64,000 bases of DNA, taken from NCBI GenBank assembly GCA_963693365.1, contig CAVNZM010000006.1:10109355-10173354 (forward strand), given 5' to 3'. Source of the stretch: Amoebidium appalachense. Its lineage: Eukaryota > Protista > Ichthyosporea. The position numbers and the translations under genes were made by a program. Of the stretch, positions 1 to 35,340 are shown piece by piece; the stretch's first letter is position 1; every line of letters starts with the position of its first letter. The notes under the pieces are model-generated. The model worked only from the letters and a program-made list of their open reading frames with translations. It was not told the origin of the DNA and did no database searches.

Positions 1-215
1 CGCTGGTTTATGGGTCAAGGCCAAAGCCGCATGTTCAGCCGCCCATTGCAGATAAAGGACGTGGTCATTTTGTAGCCGGCCCGTGTGGGTGCCCCGTAAG
101 CAGCACGAGCTATTTGTCCATGGCGGCACGGGTACATCAAGCCTAGTTGTCCTGGGGAGGAGGAGGGGGTGGGGTGCACGTGGGGTGGTGATCGCGGGGG
201 TCGGGGGTTGCCCCG

Positions 216-256
<41 letters not shown>

Positions 257-2072
257 GGGAGGGACCACTGGCACTGGTTCAGGACACCGCCGGTTTAACA
301 CCGTCTCCAACTGATGATGGTACAGCGCAACAAATACGAGAAGCTGCTTCGTGATCACCGTAGTGAAATACACCACGCCCACAATCGTTACTTCCCAGCG
401 CACTTGGATAATGCTCCATCGTCCACTTCTTCTCACCATAATTTCAAATGCCAGAAACGACACTAACGATAATAACACTGTGGCTGTTTCGACAAGGGTG
501 TACACAAAGCACAGAAACGTTTCAAACGGAGGCGGACTTGTCATGGCAACAAATTGCATTCTGTATTGGATGTTGATTGTGACCAGAAGTAGGTAAGGAA
601 GCCAGAACATGAAAGCAACTTTGCACACCCACCACGTCTGAAGGGTTGCATATATAATTATCTTCGGGGCGATCCATTTGAGATTCAGCATGTCTGGCTG
701 GCCGGTGAACACGGCAACACGGCGCAGACAGAGGACTACGTTGACGATTTCGCTGGTAACCTGCAAGGAACCGGTTGGTAGCACGTGCAAGTGTTAGAGC
801 CAGGCATGTTGATGCGATGGCGTGCACAGGGATGCACTGAGCAAGTGCACACACACGGTTATATGGGTTTGGTGTTTGACAAAAATCATATGCGTCATGT
901 GCACTGTGACTGTTCAAAAATGTGCTCAAGCTAACGGTGCACACTTGCGCTAGACAGGGTGATGCTGCAGTCTGTGATGAGGTCATAATCACGGTAGCAT
1001 TTGCTTTTAAAATTGCAAAAATTGTGTTTACGTGCCACAGAATACTTGCAGTTTGCGAGAAAGAAATTCGAGCCGTGCATGCCTTGGATGCCTGTCCTCG
1101 TGCTCAGTGACCATGATCATCCAAAATATATTCACCATGCCGTGAGATGTTCGCTTTTTTAGGCTAACAGTAAATCTGAGAGCGTTCCATGTGGCAGGTT
1201 GCATCGAGGACTTTGGTGAGTCGAAAATGCAGACAAGTGAGGGATGCAAAGGCTCAATAAGGGAGGGAGTTGCTTGGATGGGGGGGAGGGGTGGGGGAGA
1301 GGGGGGGAGGGGAGGTGGAGAGGAGGGGGAGGGGGAGGGGGAGGAGGGGGAGAGGGGGGGCTGCCAAACCTCTGAGGTCAAACCAGGCAGGGGCAGGCTG
1401 TCGTCCAGCCAGGCATAGACATAATGGTCCAGACAGCCCAGCAGCAGAGGTATGAGCGCCACAAAGACCAGGCACGTGCTTGCGGCCTGACTGCGCACGT
1501 GTCGCCACATACACACACACAGTGCGCACACGTACAGCGAAAGCACTACAGCGCCGTGTATTGACGATGCAACGGCAAGTTGCGAGGCTGAGGGAAAAAC
1601 AGATATGAATGTACTGATCGTGGCCACCCCATGGTTCAGGGGTGCATATGATGTCCGGTAATCGTTGTGAAGCGCGGTCGATGTCACGATCACAATTGGG
1701 ATCAGATTCTCAGTCGCATCATGATTGACATGGGCGTGCCGCGTGACACATTTAAAGCCGTGGGTTTACAAGATGCACGTACACGTGTCAGAGTGCAGGA
1801 TGTGTTTGCGTTGGCAGTCCCTCACGAGGGTGGACCTATGTGAACCAATGTGTGTGTGCCCTGGTCACTGTGGAGTGGCAAGACTGGTGCTGATTGATGT
1901 GCAGGAGGGTTGTCGGCCTTGGGGTTGTGCGGCGTATGCCAACGTGGTGATGTAGAGAGACGGGCTGAGGGTTTGTGTTCCAGTCAGAATCAGTCCGCAG
2001 AACTTGAGCCCTATGTGTACATACACTTGTGTGCGTGTAATTACCTAACCGATCCGACCTCAGGTTGTCCAT
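1..2072 (-). CDS. Multi-pass (6-7 TM, GPCR-like topology) membrane protein, spliced; 3' end runs off the window
   Basis: Phase-compatible exons 2072-2045 (MDNLRSDRL|gtaatt), 1587-1370 (ccctcag|ASQLAVASSIHGAVVLSLYVCALCVCMW...LVFVALIPLLLG), 760-288 (ttgcag|VTSEIVNVVLCLRR...FMFWLPYLLLVTI...VTIVGVVYFTTVITKQLLVFVALY) and 142-1. A further exon ending ~1046 is possible. At least six hydrophobic segments; no family motif recognised. Confidence 0.6.
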
Positions 2073-3028
2073 GAGCCACGGATTAGGTCTGCCTCGCAAT
2101 TCGGGACCACATCTAGCTCGCTTGTGACTTTGTTTGCTGCACTCTTTTCCCCAGCCAAGCCATGCCTTCAGTGCTATCAGTTCTGAGAACACTGGAGTGT
2201 TGGCCAGTGACTTAACCTGAGGCGCTTAAAATAAACCCACAGTGACGAACCTGGTGTCACAAGTGTGAAGGCTTGTGCTTGTGGTGTACGGATGTGTAGA
2301 CACTACTCGTTCAAGTAGTCCTTTGGCCTGGCCTGGGACGCTAAAATAGTATAATATTATAATATTTATTCGTCAAAACGTGGCAAAACTGTCCCGCCGC
2401 ACTGGTCCATTGCAGGCTGTACTGACTGGCCCACACAGTCCGTGTGACACAGCCTGCTCGGGGGGCCGACGGGGGCATGCACGGTGTACATACTGGTACA
2501 CAGAGGTGATGACTATGACGTCATTGATGGTGGAGGTTCTGGCTTGCAGAAGCTGCTTGTCGGACAGAAAGGTAGTACGCTGTAGACTATTTGGCATGCT
2601 GATGCGTGTTTAGCCAATCCCATGCGAGTTTCCACAAAAATAAAAAAAAGTTCGAACTCTGGCGAACTTTGGGGGAAAACAAGCGTAAAGCATTACTCAG
2701 TGCACACTATTTTTGGTTGCCACCGTCATGTACTTGCTGTATTTCCGTAGACACACACAACACGGTTGGCAAGAGGCCCACCGTTCAAATCGTATTTAAA
2801 ACAGCTGTGCCCACTGAAACCCGCTTGAAACAGTGGGCATCGGTGTGGGCACCGGTACCGGTACCTGAGCAGTGACTAAAGTGTTACGATACTAATATTA
2901 TAATAACTCAACGCCCAATTCAAACGCCCGAGTTGTTTTTCTTTCTGGAACTACAGGATTATGGGGCGGGAGCCGAGACACAGGAAGGAGAGAGGTTGGG
3001 GTTTGGCGGGGTTGCATGGGGTGGCGGC

Positions 3029-3301
3029 GGGTTAGAATGCGGAACGGTACGAAGTACAAAAACACGATGAGAAACACGGTGCAGGACACAGGCAAAAGCA
3101 AGCATCCAACTAGCAACATCAGCAACGCGCGCAATATGCAAAAAAAGTAGAGCCCATCCTTAGGGGAGGTTCAAGTCATCAGTTGCATCTGAGTTTCGAC
3201 CCCTTCCCTAGCCTCGTTTACGAAACCCAATTCAGATAGCAGCACCAACTGAACTTGGGAGGGTCAATCGTCTTGATCAGAAACGAGCAGGGTTGCTAAT
3301 G
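3029..3301 (-). repeat. Dispersed structured repeat family R1, near full-length copy
   Basis: Reverse complement aligns by eye to 6715-6959 and 11474-11651 (GCAACCCTGCTCG...TGATCAAGACG...GGGTTTCG..AACGAGG...GTCGAAACTC...AGGATGGGCTCT...CTTCGTAC...GCATTC(T)AACCC). Confidence 0.85.
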
Positions 3302-4686
3302 AGAGTAAAACAGTGAAAGTTTATGTGGGCAAACTAATGCAGCATCAGGCAAAAATCCATACGAACAAATGCATGATAGAGAGCAACCATGCCCGGTTAC
3401 ACGGGTTTCGGAGTACAACTTGTCTCGGATGGGAGGGGGGGGGGGGGGGGGGGGGGAGGGGGGAGAGGGAGGTATCCGAGAGCAGCAGAGAGCAGCAGTG
3501 TCAAACACAAAGAGAGGGTATTCAAAAGTTGATTAAAAACCGGAATAAACCGGAGAAGCTCTCGGTATTTTCTCGAGTAGAATTGGGTTGGCTAAAAGTA
3601 GTGGAGAATCGAACGTCGTAAGCGCACAAGCTGTAGTGCAGGAAAAAAGCTTCGAAGTGGACGTAATTTTTGCATGCTTATAAGCTCGTCCATACACCTT
3701 CGTTCCCAAGCACCACGACAAAAGTATACAGATCTTCAACTCCTTGTTACGACGCCCGATTCCGTGCGATAGGCTATCTATAGTGCAGAAGGCTCATAGA
3801 TGTGCCTGTTATCATTACTGCCGCCTCTCATCACATGAAAACGAAAAACGAAAAGAAATCGACGAGCAAACGGCTGCCAGTAATGTAGCTAACCTTTTGG
3901 TGTCAATTATAGTTTACCAACGCAGCGTTCGTTTGCTCAAACTCATGGCTTTGCTGTGCGCATGAATTCCGAGGCAGTAGTAAAAGCTACTATGGCACGA
4001 TGTCTCCGGCAGTGGGCAGTGGGCACATTAGGGAACTAGTTAAGAAGTAGTACGCAATCTGTGCTAGACCTCGGGCTCGTGAGTAGAAAATGCTCACAAC
4101 ACATTAAAGCAATCCGGGCATTTACTTTGCTTACGTACAACTACAAACAGTGTGCTTAGACAACTGCGCGCGGCCCGATCTTGTGCCGGGATCGGAATTG
4201 ATCAGATACTGATAAGGGTTCACCAATCAACAATTATTTACACCCGCCAAAAATTTAGGTAACCAATCATTGATAAGATGGCTAGCCAAATAAGGCAGGA
4301 ACCTGCGCAGGCAAGCCTCAGGGTGTAGATTGCACGGGGAATACGATATGGTGACGCTCCCAGTTGCACTGTTATACAGGGGTTTCCACGCTCTCTTTCT
4401 TAACAAAAAATTACGGATAAAAAGAGCCACAGGCATGCTGCAGGCCTAGCTAGCAATAAGGGTACCTTTTCCGCGACGTAGTGTCCGTACGTGTGCCTGC
4501 AGACTGCGGGCACCGAGGGCCTTTGTCATACCTTTTGTTTGAGCCCGGGCAGACAGACAGGCAGGACTCTTGCATGTGTGTCACAGTTTCATTTATCACT
4601 ATCACCCCAGCAACTTCTAACTTACTTATATCAATTTAGTTACGTTCGGGATTTTAAACGGCCTTTAGGCCGTAGTAGAAGGTAGG

Positions 4687-13679
<8,993 letters not shown>

Positions 13680-14577
13680 GAGGTAGCTCTAAGGAATATA
13701 TAGGTTGTGCTCTTATCTCAACTTCCTACCCTTTATAATCCATCCCTCCCCCCCCCCCCTCCCCCCCTCCCCCTCCCCCGCCCCCTACTTTTTCGCTCGA
13801 CGATGTTTGATTGTTTTCCTATAGATTTTATGTAAGAAAGGGTGAACGAAACTATATATGACGGTGACCTGAAGTCATATTTTGGTTTACAACGGTTTCA
13901 ATGGTTTGTTAGCCGTTTTAGATAAAGTTTTTTTTTAACAATATTATCACACTGTCAAATATCAACTTGCCGTTGTATAATGAGTGTGCAGCGGGGTACA
14001 ATAGCAGTGGTCAAAAAAATGTGCCTAGTTTCAGCTTCCGATGTGTGGTTTATGATGCACACATGCAAATCACCACTGATAGTTTGATATTGGCACCGAC
14101 ATAGGTGTATAAATTTCCGATACACACAGCGAATAATCATCCAACTGATATTTACGAAATTCGATAATTCATGTATAAGCACATAGAGAAACATGTGACT
14201 ACATTTGGTATTTGAGATATCTGCAATATTATGTAACCATGTACCAATATATTGTTATGTCTGGCTACACATTCCAGACACCACTAATAGATGAGGCACT
14301 CGATATACACTTTGTGATAGCCTTAATGATATTTGCTGATGCTGTGAGTTATCTAATTGGCTACTTAAAATGTTTAACATTTAATTCCACTGCCGCTGGT
14401 CGGACACACCACTTATGACATAATAAAACGCTTCGCTTGAGTCTGGTGTCTGGTCGTCCAGCCCGTGGCTTGCAACATACACAGGTCTAGATGATGAAAA
14501 CAACTTCAGGAGTAGTGCTTTTGTTGGAAGGTGATTGGGTTGAAGCTCAGCGGGGGTACAGCAGTACTGTAGGCGTG

Positions 14578-14608
<31 letters not shown>

Positions 14609-15951
14609 AAAAAAGCAAACAAACAAACAAAAAAAAAACACACACACACATACGTATACACACATCCAGGATATATGGATTCGCTCGTACCTTTGCATGC
14701 ATCTTCCTTCTTACAGGGCGTGTTGGTTGTGTTTTGTTTGCGCCCTGTGGGACGGGGGAAGGGGGGGGGGGGGGGGGGGTATATATACACAATGTATGGA
14801 TGTGTACATGCGGCGGCGCAAAAAGATGGAAACAGTACCACGGAAAGACGGAAACAAAAAGACACCACGCAAAGTGGAACGTGCACTGCTAGGAAAGAGA
14901 CGTATATACCTGCAGACTGCGCTCACTAATTGGGGGCCGGGGCTCTTATGCCTCCCAACAACTAGAATGGCTGCACATTTATGACTCCATATCATCTGGT
15001 GGTCGGTTACCAAGAAATCCTCGAACCCGGCACAAGACAGTCAGATTTTCTCTAATTTTTGCGCCAGTGTCTACGATTTAAACGGGTCCTGTAGCATTCC
15101 TTTATTTAATACATCCTTCAAATACACAAAAAACCAAAGTCGATACGGGAAGCTGTGCGTTCAATAATATTAGCCACAAGGCCCACCCCATACAGCCACC
15201 ACACCACAACTGCTACTAAGAGTGACCAGACAGCATGAAAAATCGGTAAATAGGTCCGGACAACAGAAAAAATGATATTTCGCTATCAAATTAGGGAGTG
15301 CAAATCCGAAAATGGCAGGATTTACACGAGTTCAGATACAATCTCAACTGACCTGCAGAAAGATAAACCTTTGGCAGCTGACGGCATACAACAAATGGTA
15401 CAAAAAAATTCATTCAGAATTATACATACAGATGGGGAAAAGATGCGCAACCGTTACTCATCAATCATCCTAGGTGTGCATTACATATCTTATCAGGTTT
15501 AGCAAGCAAATATCTAGAATCTAAAAAACCAAGGCGATCCGTACATGCCACAGTGGCGGGAAGAAAGCAAAAAACCCGCCTTTTTTCTTTCTTTTTTACG
15601 ACTGTACGGTCAGCCCTTAATGTAAATTTTGTACTAGTGTGCCAGGGACCTCCACAATGCCAGCTGTCGCAGCGTTTCGTTTAAATAATAAAAAATAATA
15701 GTAAAAAAGGCGTTGTGTTCGATGCATAGTGCATGTGTTGCAGCCGTGCATATTTACGCGACCTACTCATTAGGTGCAAAATGCGGTAACTGTGTGTTAC
15801 GTGTGCGATGATTGCCGGGGATGAATGTGTGGTAGTGGCATTACATTATGTGTGTTGTCACGAAGGTGGCGTACTTTGAAAGAGAGACAGAGGGTTGTGT
15901 GTGTAGATGTGTTCTTGTGTCGTGTGTGGCCTGTGACTCTGCCTGCCCCCC

Positions 15952-22186
<6,235 letters not shown>

Positions 22187-22819
22187 CTGAGCGCAATAAA
22201 GACAACACAGCTACTTATTCTGATAAAAAATTTATGATTCAGATGATAAAGTAGTGGCAGAAACACCATTTGAACCTGGGCAAACTCTTTGTGCTCGAAA
22301 AGGCTTACACTAGGCAGCTTATGTCTTACAGAACGCACACCTAACCAACACACGAAACAGACGAAACTGTGAGTGCAACTGTAAGAAAATTAAACTGTGC
22401 CCACCGCACAAAAAGGGATTTAAGCTGAACAGCGTTGTGTTTACGCGACCATAGCACAGGAAACGGTGCCAATTTAAACCAACGCAACTACTACCCGCTG
22501 CGCAGCAAAAGAAGACTTCACCCGTTGGCCTTGACCACTGACTGATGCAGTGATATGCCCCCCGGGGACGAGCTGAGCCCGACGTCAACCGGCAACGCAC
22601 TCCAATTGCTCCAACCGGAGATGGGCAAATGCTTTTTTAAAGACACTTGGTGCGCACAAGTTGTCGCCTTCATTGCGATTGTTCCTTAGATGCATATGTT
22701 GTCTCATTATAGCAGATAAAGTAGGTAAATATTTTATTTATATTGAAATATCTTTGTAACATTCTCTTTTTGAATGAGTACACTATCTCCAGACTATTTT
22801 GCTCTGGCGGGCCAACATC

Positions 22820-22839
22820 TGCAGCTGACGTCAGCTGCA
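22820..22839. promoter_or_regulatory. Perfect 20-bp palindrome centred on a CRE/bZIP site
   Basis: TGCAGCTGACGTCAGCTGCA, upstream of the minus-strand gene ending at 15952. Confidence 0.45.
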
Positions 22840-23251
22840 ATGGATATGGGCTTTTTTTGCCACCTTTCAGCTCAAAATCCAGTAAAATGCCATGTGGGCA
22901 GATGATTGGCTGTCTGCGGTATGCCGAGCCGGGCGCCGAGGACCGCCGCCCGGCCGCCGGTGACTGCCGTGAGTCCCATAGAGTGCCACCGGCCGACAAG
23001 CTAGGGTCAAAGTTTAGCCCTCTGGGCGCACTCATGAGATCAGTACGTATACCCTATATGTACCATAGACAGACGGCTTTCTTTACTCATATGCAGTGTG
23101 ACGGTTTGGGGCAGACCACAGAAGAAAGAGAGCGCACGGTGCACGGAGTACTGGCCGGGGAAGTGGACTTCCGAGGGAATGATAGTCGGGAGATTTGGCT
23201 GGCAAGAAGAGAGAGATCGATCTCAGAGAGAAAGAGAGAGAGAGAGGGAGA

Positions 23252-23289
<38 letters not shown>

Positions 23290-24378
23290 GGAACCAGCTG
23301 TGACTGCGAAAATAATAATGGCAGATGCTACGACAATCACCCATAAAAGGCGAAGCCCGATGAGTCGTGCCTGTGGCCGGTCGGCAGAATGAGCACGTGA
23401 ATGAGCATGCCTGTTACAAAATAGACCAGAACGTAGACCTCGCAAAGCAACAGGTGGCCGGTTAGAGGAGATACTTATCCGCAAATAGCTTGAGAAAGGA
23501 GGATGGCTTGAAAAGGGCACGTGCTATATTAGTGTGGTCATTAGACATGTGTCACAAAGTTTAGGTTGCTGAGACCTGTGCCACGAACTACTTAGCTTGC
23601 AGATTGCCTCCTCCTCAAGCTAGCGTATACCATGATAACACAATGATTTAGTTGAATAGAACAATAACATTAGGGGAAAGCCACTGGAATTCTTCCTCTA
23701 CTCCGCTGCCATGCTTCCTTTTCTCACAGCCTCCTTCCCGATCGATATCCATATTCCACACTTTTTCTCGCCCGAATGCTTTACCTCGTCTGACTATGAA
23801 CTCCCAACGTTAATCCGAAGCCGGTGATGACAGTGCCCAATTGGGTGTGTGTTATTATAGCTTAGTTTAATGACATATGTTGTACAGCTTTTCTAGCAAA
23901 CCGTCACGGCGAGCCACTTGCCAGTCAGGTTGCCTGGCACTTGTACTAGCGAAATATCATGTTGAGGAAGGCCTGAGTTAGTAAGCACCACCTTGGGTAA
24001 CCACATGTCCCCAGCCAGATGCTCAATCAGTGCGCTTAAGCTTTGCGGACAGCTGGTCTTGCTTTATTTGCTATGCAGCACAAACACGTTAACGGTTGAA
24101 ATCAACAAATACCATCATAAATATACGAAAACTCGTAAACTCTGAAATTAACACAATGCGCCCTGCCATGTTCATAACATTCACGACGTCTACAATATAA
24201 TGCGGCTTTTACCTTGTGTAGGTTTACGAAATGAAACGATTCTTGCATTCTACTCGCACGTAAATTAAAGTAGTCTACGATTGGCCGTCAAGGTCAATAT
24301 TACGAGACTTTTACCATGCCCTACGTGCATCACAACATGGGCATGCGCTGGTTTTTCACTATGATGGTGGTGCGGCTT

Positions 24379-24576
24379 TCAGCTTCGCTGTTCCATCTCT
24401 CGCACCCCGGCCGCCTCCAATATCTGCATGTACTTCTCCCTGGGAACCAGAGGCTCCTCACCGGTAGCCTTGCGCTCCAGGTGCTTGTATTCCTTGGCCA
24501 TGTCTTTGTAGTCAGGGAACTCGTTGGTGCACACGGAGGAGATGGCTGCAGACGTGAGGGTAGGGAAGGTCTTCAT
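24379..24576 (-). CDS. Small 65-aa protein (MKTFPTLTSAAISSVCTNEFPDYKDMAKEYKHLERK...), probably with a 5'-UTR intron
   Basis: GC3-rich codons like the other genes; acceptor ctccacag| at 24609-24610 and donor AAAG|gtaaca at 24938; ATG at 24576. Confidence 0.55.
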   Translation of the reverse strand: MKTFPTLTSAAISSVCTNEFPDYKDMAKEYKHLERKATGEEPLVPREKYMQILEAAGVREMEQRS

Positions 24577-25192
24577 GTTGACGTTGGAAAAGAAAGTGAC
24601 TGGGAAGCCTGTGGAGAGCACTGACCGTGAGCTTTATCATTCACGTGGAGAGACCTCGTGGAGAGAACAAGGCATACAGCTTCCAACGGTAGACAGCAAA
24701 CGAACGCATCAACAAGAAGAAGCTCACACAAAGTTAGTGAATTCGAAGGGTTCTAATTGCCACTGTTCGCCTAACCTTCTCTAACATGCACACACCTTTC
24801 TCTCATGAAACTAACAGAACCAAAGCACTGCAAGTCCAAATATTGTCGTTTCGAAGAGGTTCAAAGCCAAGAGGTCCGTTGTCGACCACAACTGTACAAG
24901 CGCGCCTAGACCTGGAAACTTGCAATTGCTAATGTTACCTTTTTTCTTCACGATGCAGCCGAACGAATTGTCCTGCTTGCTGGTTGTGGCTGATTTCTTT
25001 TGCAATGCACAAGGAACGAAATGCGTGGGAGCTTCTTTTATCCGGGGTTATAGGCATGATAAGGCGACTCTGTCGCGACTCGAGGATGTGTGCGTGAATG
25101 TTCGTATCCAATCAACATGTTGTTACACTCCTCTGTGAGCCACTCCCTGAAATGGGTTTTTTCGGAAAATGCTTTTGATGACTATAAGGGAT

Positions 25193-28076
<2,884 letters not shown>

Positions 28077-28744
28077 TGCATCGGCCACTAGTTACTGATT
28101 AGAGATGGCTACTTTTATTGGATGACCTATGAGACTACAATAGCGTTAGCAACCATTAGAGAGGGCACTAATATTAGTTGGATTCACAGTGTAGAATTAC
28201 CAAATAGCATTAAATAAAATATGTGAATAAAGGGATGAAGGTGGTTACCGGCATTGCGCATTCGTGTCCTAGAACTGCCTTGCTGGCTTTGCGCTGTTGG
28301 CAAATGAGTTTCAAATGCTAAATTTTATTGGTTCATGATCAGTTATTTTTATAACCACAGTATTGAAGGCAACATTGTTAAATTGTCGCCGATGTCGACG
28401 TGGGGCCAGGCCGATTATCACACGTGTATTACACGGTGTAAAAGATAGTTGAATTCAAAAGTCTATTATTCACTTCAACAATCCTAACTATAGATTAAAA
28501 TATATGTTATACGAAAGTAGCGTCTTTTCCCTAACTTCCTGGACGGCATATGAATAGGAACCTGACTCAGGAGTCAGGAGTCAAAAATGCGTGGGAACAC
28601 CTCGAATCTGATTGGAACTCCCGGAGAAGGTGCAAATGCTTTTTTGTACACACAAACACCGTCGCGCTTGGTGGCACATGTGCACACACGCATTTAAACG
28701 CATACACGTGCACCGTCGCACAGACACACCGTGACACGCACACG

Positions 28745-28779
<35 letters not shown>

Positions 28780-28795
28780 CACGTACACACGTACA

Positions 28796-28869
<74 letters not shown>

Positions 28870-29411
28870 ACCCACAAGCACACACGCATACGCACACGCC
28901 GGCATCTGGCTCGCCAGCACGCACGGAAGCAGACACACACACGCACACCTCCACCCAACTATCCATGCACAGAGGTGCGCACATGACGATGCGCACTTGA
29001 TACGCTTTGTCGGTCACGTGTGGGATGGCGGGCAGCTGGAGAAACTGTGTGCTGTGACCTGAGCACAGCTTTTTCTTTTTTGGCGGAGAAGAGTGGGGGG
29101 GGGGGGGGGGGGGGGGGGGGGAGAGGGACCGAGGGGGACTCTTATTATCCTTCACGTCCGCGCGGCATAGTTGGGTGCACATTGTGTGCCCGGTGGTAGG
29201 GCGGTGCTGGTCTGCGAGCGTGTGGCTTGTGTGGCGGCCTGAGCCGCGTGACCTGCATGCACGCCGGTGCAGCAATTGAGTGCACCCGGGGATGAGAACG
29301 AGGGAGGGGAGGAGGGAGGGGGGAGGGAAGGGGGGGACGGGGGGAGGGGCTCCGGGAGAGGAATTCGAACCACTAAGTGTGCATACTTGCGCACGCGCGA
29401 ATGTACGTCAA

Positions 29412-29473
<62 letters not shown>

Positions 29474-29494
29474 CGTCACGGTGTGTGTGTGAGA

Positions 29495-29559
<65 letters not shown>

Positions 29560-29673
29560 CGCGTTTATTTATCCCGTTTCACCCCCAGCGACGCACCTCC
29601 TCAGGGACCTAACACAACCCGCAGTAGTAGTAGTTTGTGATCATCATTTGATAGTATGTATCATGATCATGAT

Positions 29674-29729
<56 letters not shown>

Positions 29730-29756
29730 TGTGTGTGTGTGCGTGCTTGTGCGTGC

Positions 29757-29795
<39 letters not shown>

Positions 29796-29808
29796 TGTGT
29801 GTATGTGT

Positions 29809-29851
<43 letters not shown>

Positions 29852-29887
29852 CGCGCGCCCGTGTGTGCGCGCACGTTTTTTATTTTC

Positions 29888-30080
29888 ATCCCGTTTTGTT
29901 CCCGGAGGGACCCCTCGGGGGCCTCATGGGGAACTACTACCGTCTTCCACCCAGCATCGGCAGTACTCTAGCTAGGGTGCTACGAGGGTGCTACGGTACT
30001 ATTAGCTAAACTCACACGCCCTCAACAATCCTAACTATTTGCACACACATAGCCCAGGGTATTCACCCCAGCCACGCCGG
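29888..30080 (-). mobile_element. Short retroposon family R2 (SINE or LINE 3' end), older copy
   Basis: Reverse complement matches 46545-46729 (CGGCG.GGCTGGGGTG...TAGTTAGG...GGGGTCCCTCCGGGAACAAAACGGGAT), followed by an A-rich tail. Confidence 0.7.
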
Positions 30081-30231
30081 TTGTACGTGCGCGCACGACT
30101 TAGCATCCGTGCGTGCGTGCGTGCGTGCATGTGTGCGTGCATGCGTGCGTGCGTGGTGCGTGCGTGCGTGCGTGCGTGCGTGCGTGTGTGTGTGCGTGCG
30201 TGCGTGCGTGCGTGCGAGCGTGAATGCAGGG

Positions 30232-30287
<56 letters not shown>

Positions 30288-31759
30288 TGTGTGTGCGCGC
30301 GCGCACGCGGGGCTTACGCTGTACAAGCCAGCCACGTGTGGACATGTCTGTGAGAAGGTATGTGTGCGCGTTCGTGTCGGTAGAAGTGTAATTATGTAGT
30401 TTGCCTTATATAACTGTCAGGCTCTTCACGCTAAATACAGTGTTGAAGTTAGAGTGCTGTGTCTGGGGACGACTGTGAATGACTGAAATTCAAGTTGGTG
30501 AGAAATTCTACTGAATGTATTTGGGCAGTTCGTACTTGTGCGCAACGTGTGGAATGTACAATGCCATGTGCGTGAGGCCGGGCACGTGTACCTGTTCATG
30601 AGTATGCGCATGGACGGGTTTTTTTATGTGTTTGCAAAGTCGTGCACAATGGGCTCGTTGTGTGAAGTGCCTCGATATGTATATACTCGGCACCGTTGTG
30701 ACACGCGGATGTAGAAGGATCTTGCCAATCATGAGTGTACATGTGCACGTGTGTTCGCTGCAAAGCACCAGCATACACCTGTGTATGCTTGTGATTATTG
30801 GTTGAACACGTGCCTTTTTATGTGCATGTAGTACGTGGTAGCCAGCCTGAAGAGACTAAGCAATACACCCACCGCGTGCTTGCCGCAGTGCCCGGGGCGT
30901 GCATGTGTGGGTGCCTGTCACACTACTAATTAGTTGTGTGCACACGTGTGCGCGCGGGGGGATTGCTCGTGTACATGTCTACTTTGCCCTATGTTGTGTG
31001 TGGACCGTGAGGGCCGTACTGCTGATGTGTTGTTTGGCACAGAGAGCCTTAGGACTAGTCTACGTTTTGTTAACAAGTACTGACCATACAAATCCTCCTC
31101 CTCCCCCCCTCCCCCCCTCCCCCCCCCCCAAAAAAAACAAAAAAAAACCACCCACCCACCCCCTCCCTCCCCCCCCCCCCCCCCCCCCCAGCTTTCTCCC
31201 CTCCGCTCCCTATACATCAACAGAAAAAAGAAAAACCAGAAGCTCCTTAATTCGGCCTACAGAGAATCATACTCACCCTTCTCGGAATCCTTCCTTTATC
31301 GCTTTGTACCCGGCAACGAGCTCTCAAGATAATTGAGATAAAAAAAGATAGATAATTAAAGATAAAAAAAACAAAAAACAAAAAAAGGACACGGAGCAGC
31401 AACTACAAAATCAACCTTAGTACTCAAACACACCGGGGCCACGGTCCAACCAAGAACTTGCACATGATAGTGCATGCCACGGTGATCACTTTTCATCAGG
31501 CACCAAATATAATTTCTTTTACACCGATGTTCAATAGCAACAAATGGCTGACATGGGCAAGGGAACTTAGATGTGTACCAGTATTGGCATCACAGTGTCA
31601 CGTTCAGTAACCGCTGCCCCTACTCATTTAGTAAATTCCCGGGTTTTGATGTTCTACTACTGGTTTGTTTCACAATTTCAAGTGCTCATGCAAATTACAA
31701 AACATGGCCAGCGGCTAATGATTTTCCGCTTTTTTCCCCTCCGCTTATCCATCACATTA

Positions 31760-34526
<2,767 letters not shown>

Positions 34527-34804
34527 TCAACTCTACTTAGATCTAAACAACGATCAGGTGTCACGGAGGATCAATGTAGTTACATTCTCGAAGGACTCGT
34601 TGACCAGGTGGTGGTGATTGAGACACCCTGTTTATGTGATGGTTTTGAGAGCTAAACATGCTTCACAGTACAAGCACCTTTTCCGGGTGCTGGGTGCGCC
34701 AAGGTTCGTTTTTGGAGCAAGTTTACGTAACAGAGGCAGCTGTTGACGTCAATGTGAGGTCAGGAACCTCGGGTGTCAAATTTATGTAGCTAACAATTCA
34801 CATA

Positions 34805-35003
34805 TCATGTATCGCCAAATGTAGTTTGATAGACCACATAATACCGCAACACACACACGTCACATTCACAACAGACACCCAGAAAGATAGCCTACCTGTA
34901 AATTACAACATCCTTGATTTTATACTAAACACGCGTAACTACGACCTGTTTATTAGGTGTATTGATTGGCTTGAGAAACACATCACTACAAAATTATAGC
35001 GCA

Positions 35004-35068
<65 letters not shown>

Positions 35069-35100
35069 CCAGCTGATACCGAGTGTCCCGAGGGGAGCCC

Positions 35101-35145
<45 letters not shown>

Positions 35146-35340
35146 GGGGAACCCCAACTAATTGATTTCTCCTTGTAGTCTTTATGGTGTCTCGTAGAGA
35201 AAGTAAACCCTGATATATAGTCACCACCCGACATCTATGTACGTGATCATGATATACCGCTGAGGGGATATTCCGAGCAAAACCCCCCCCCCATACCTGA
35301 GACTGGTTCTCTTTGCCTCGAGTAAACAGCGTAAACCCCC
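34805..35340 (+). mobile_element. Non-LTR retrotransposon 3' fragment, copy 1
   Basis: Highly similar to 36288-36793: ORF end, (CA)n, poly(A) at 35104-35144 and a ~195-bp tail. Confidence 0.8.

Noticed and set aside
3165-3205. Hammerhead ribozyme in R1 (GAAAC and CTGATGA close together on the minus strand)
   Set aside because: The stem II closing pair and cleavage triplet cannot be placed, and CTGATGA is not conserved in other copies.
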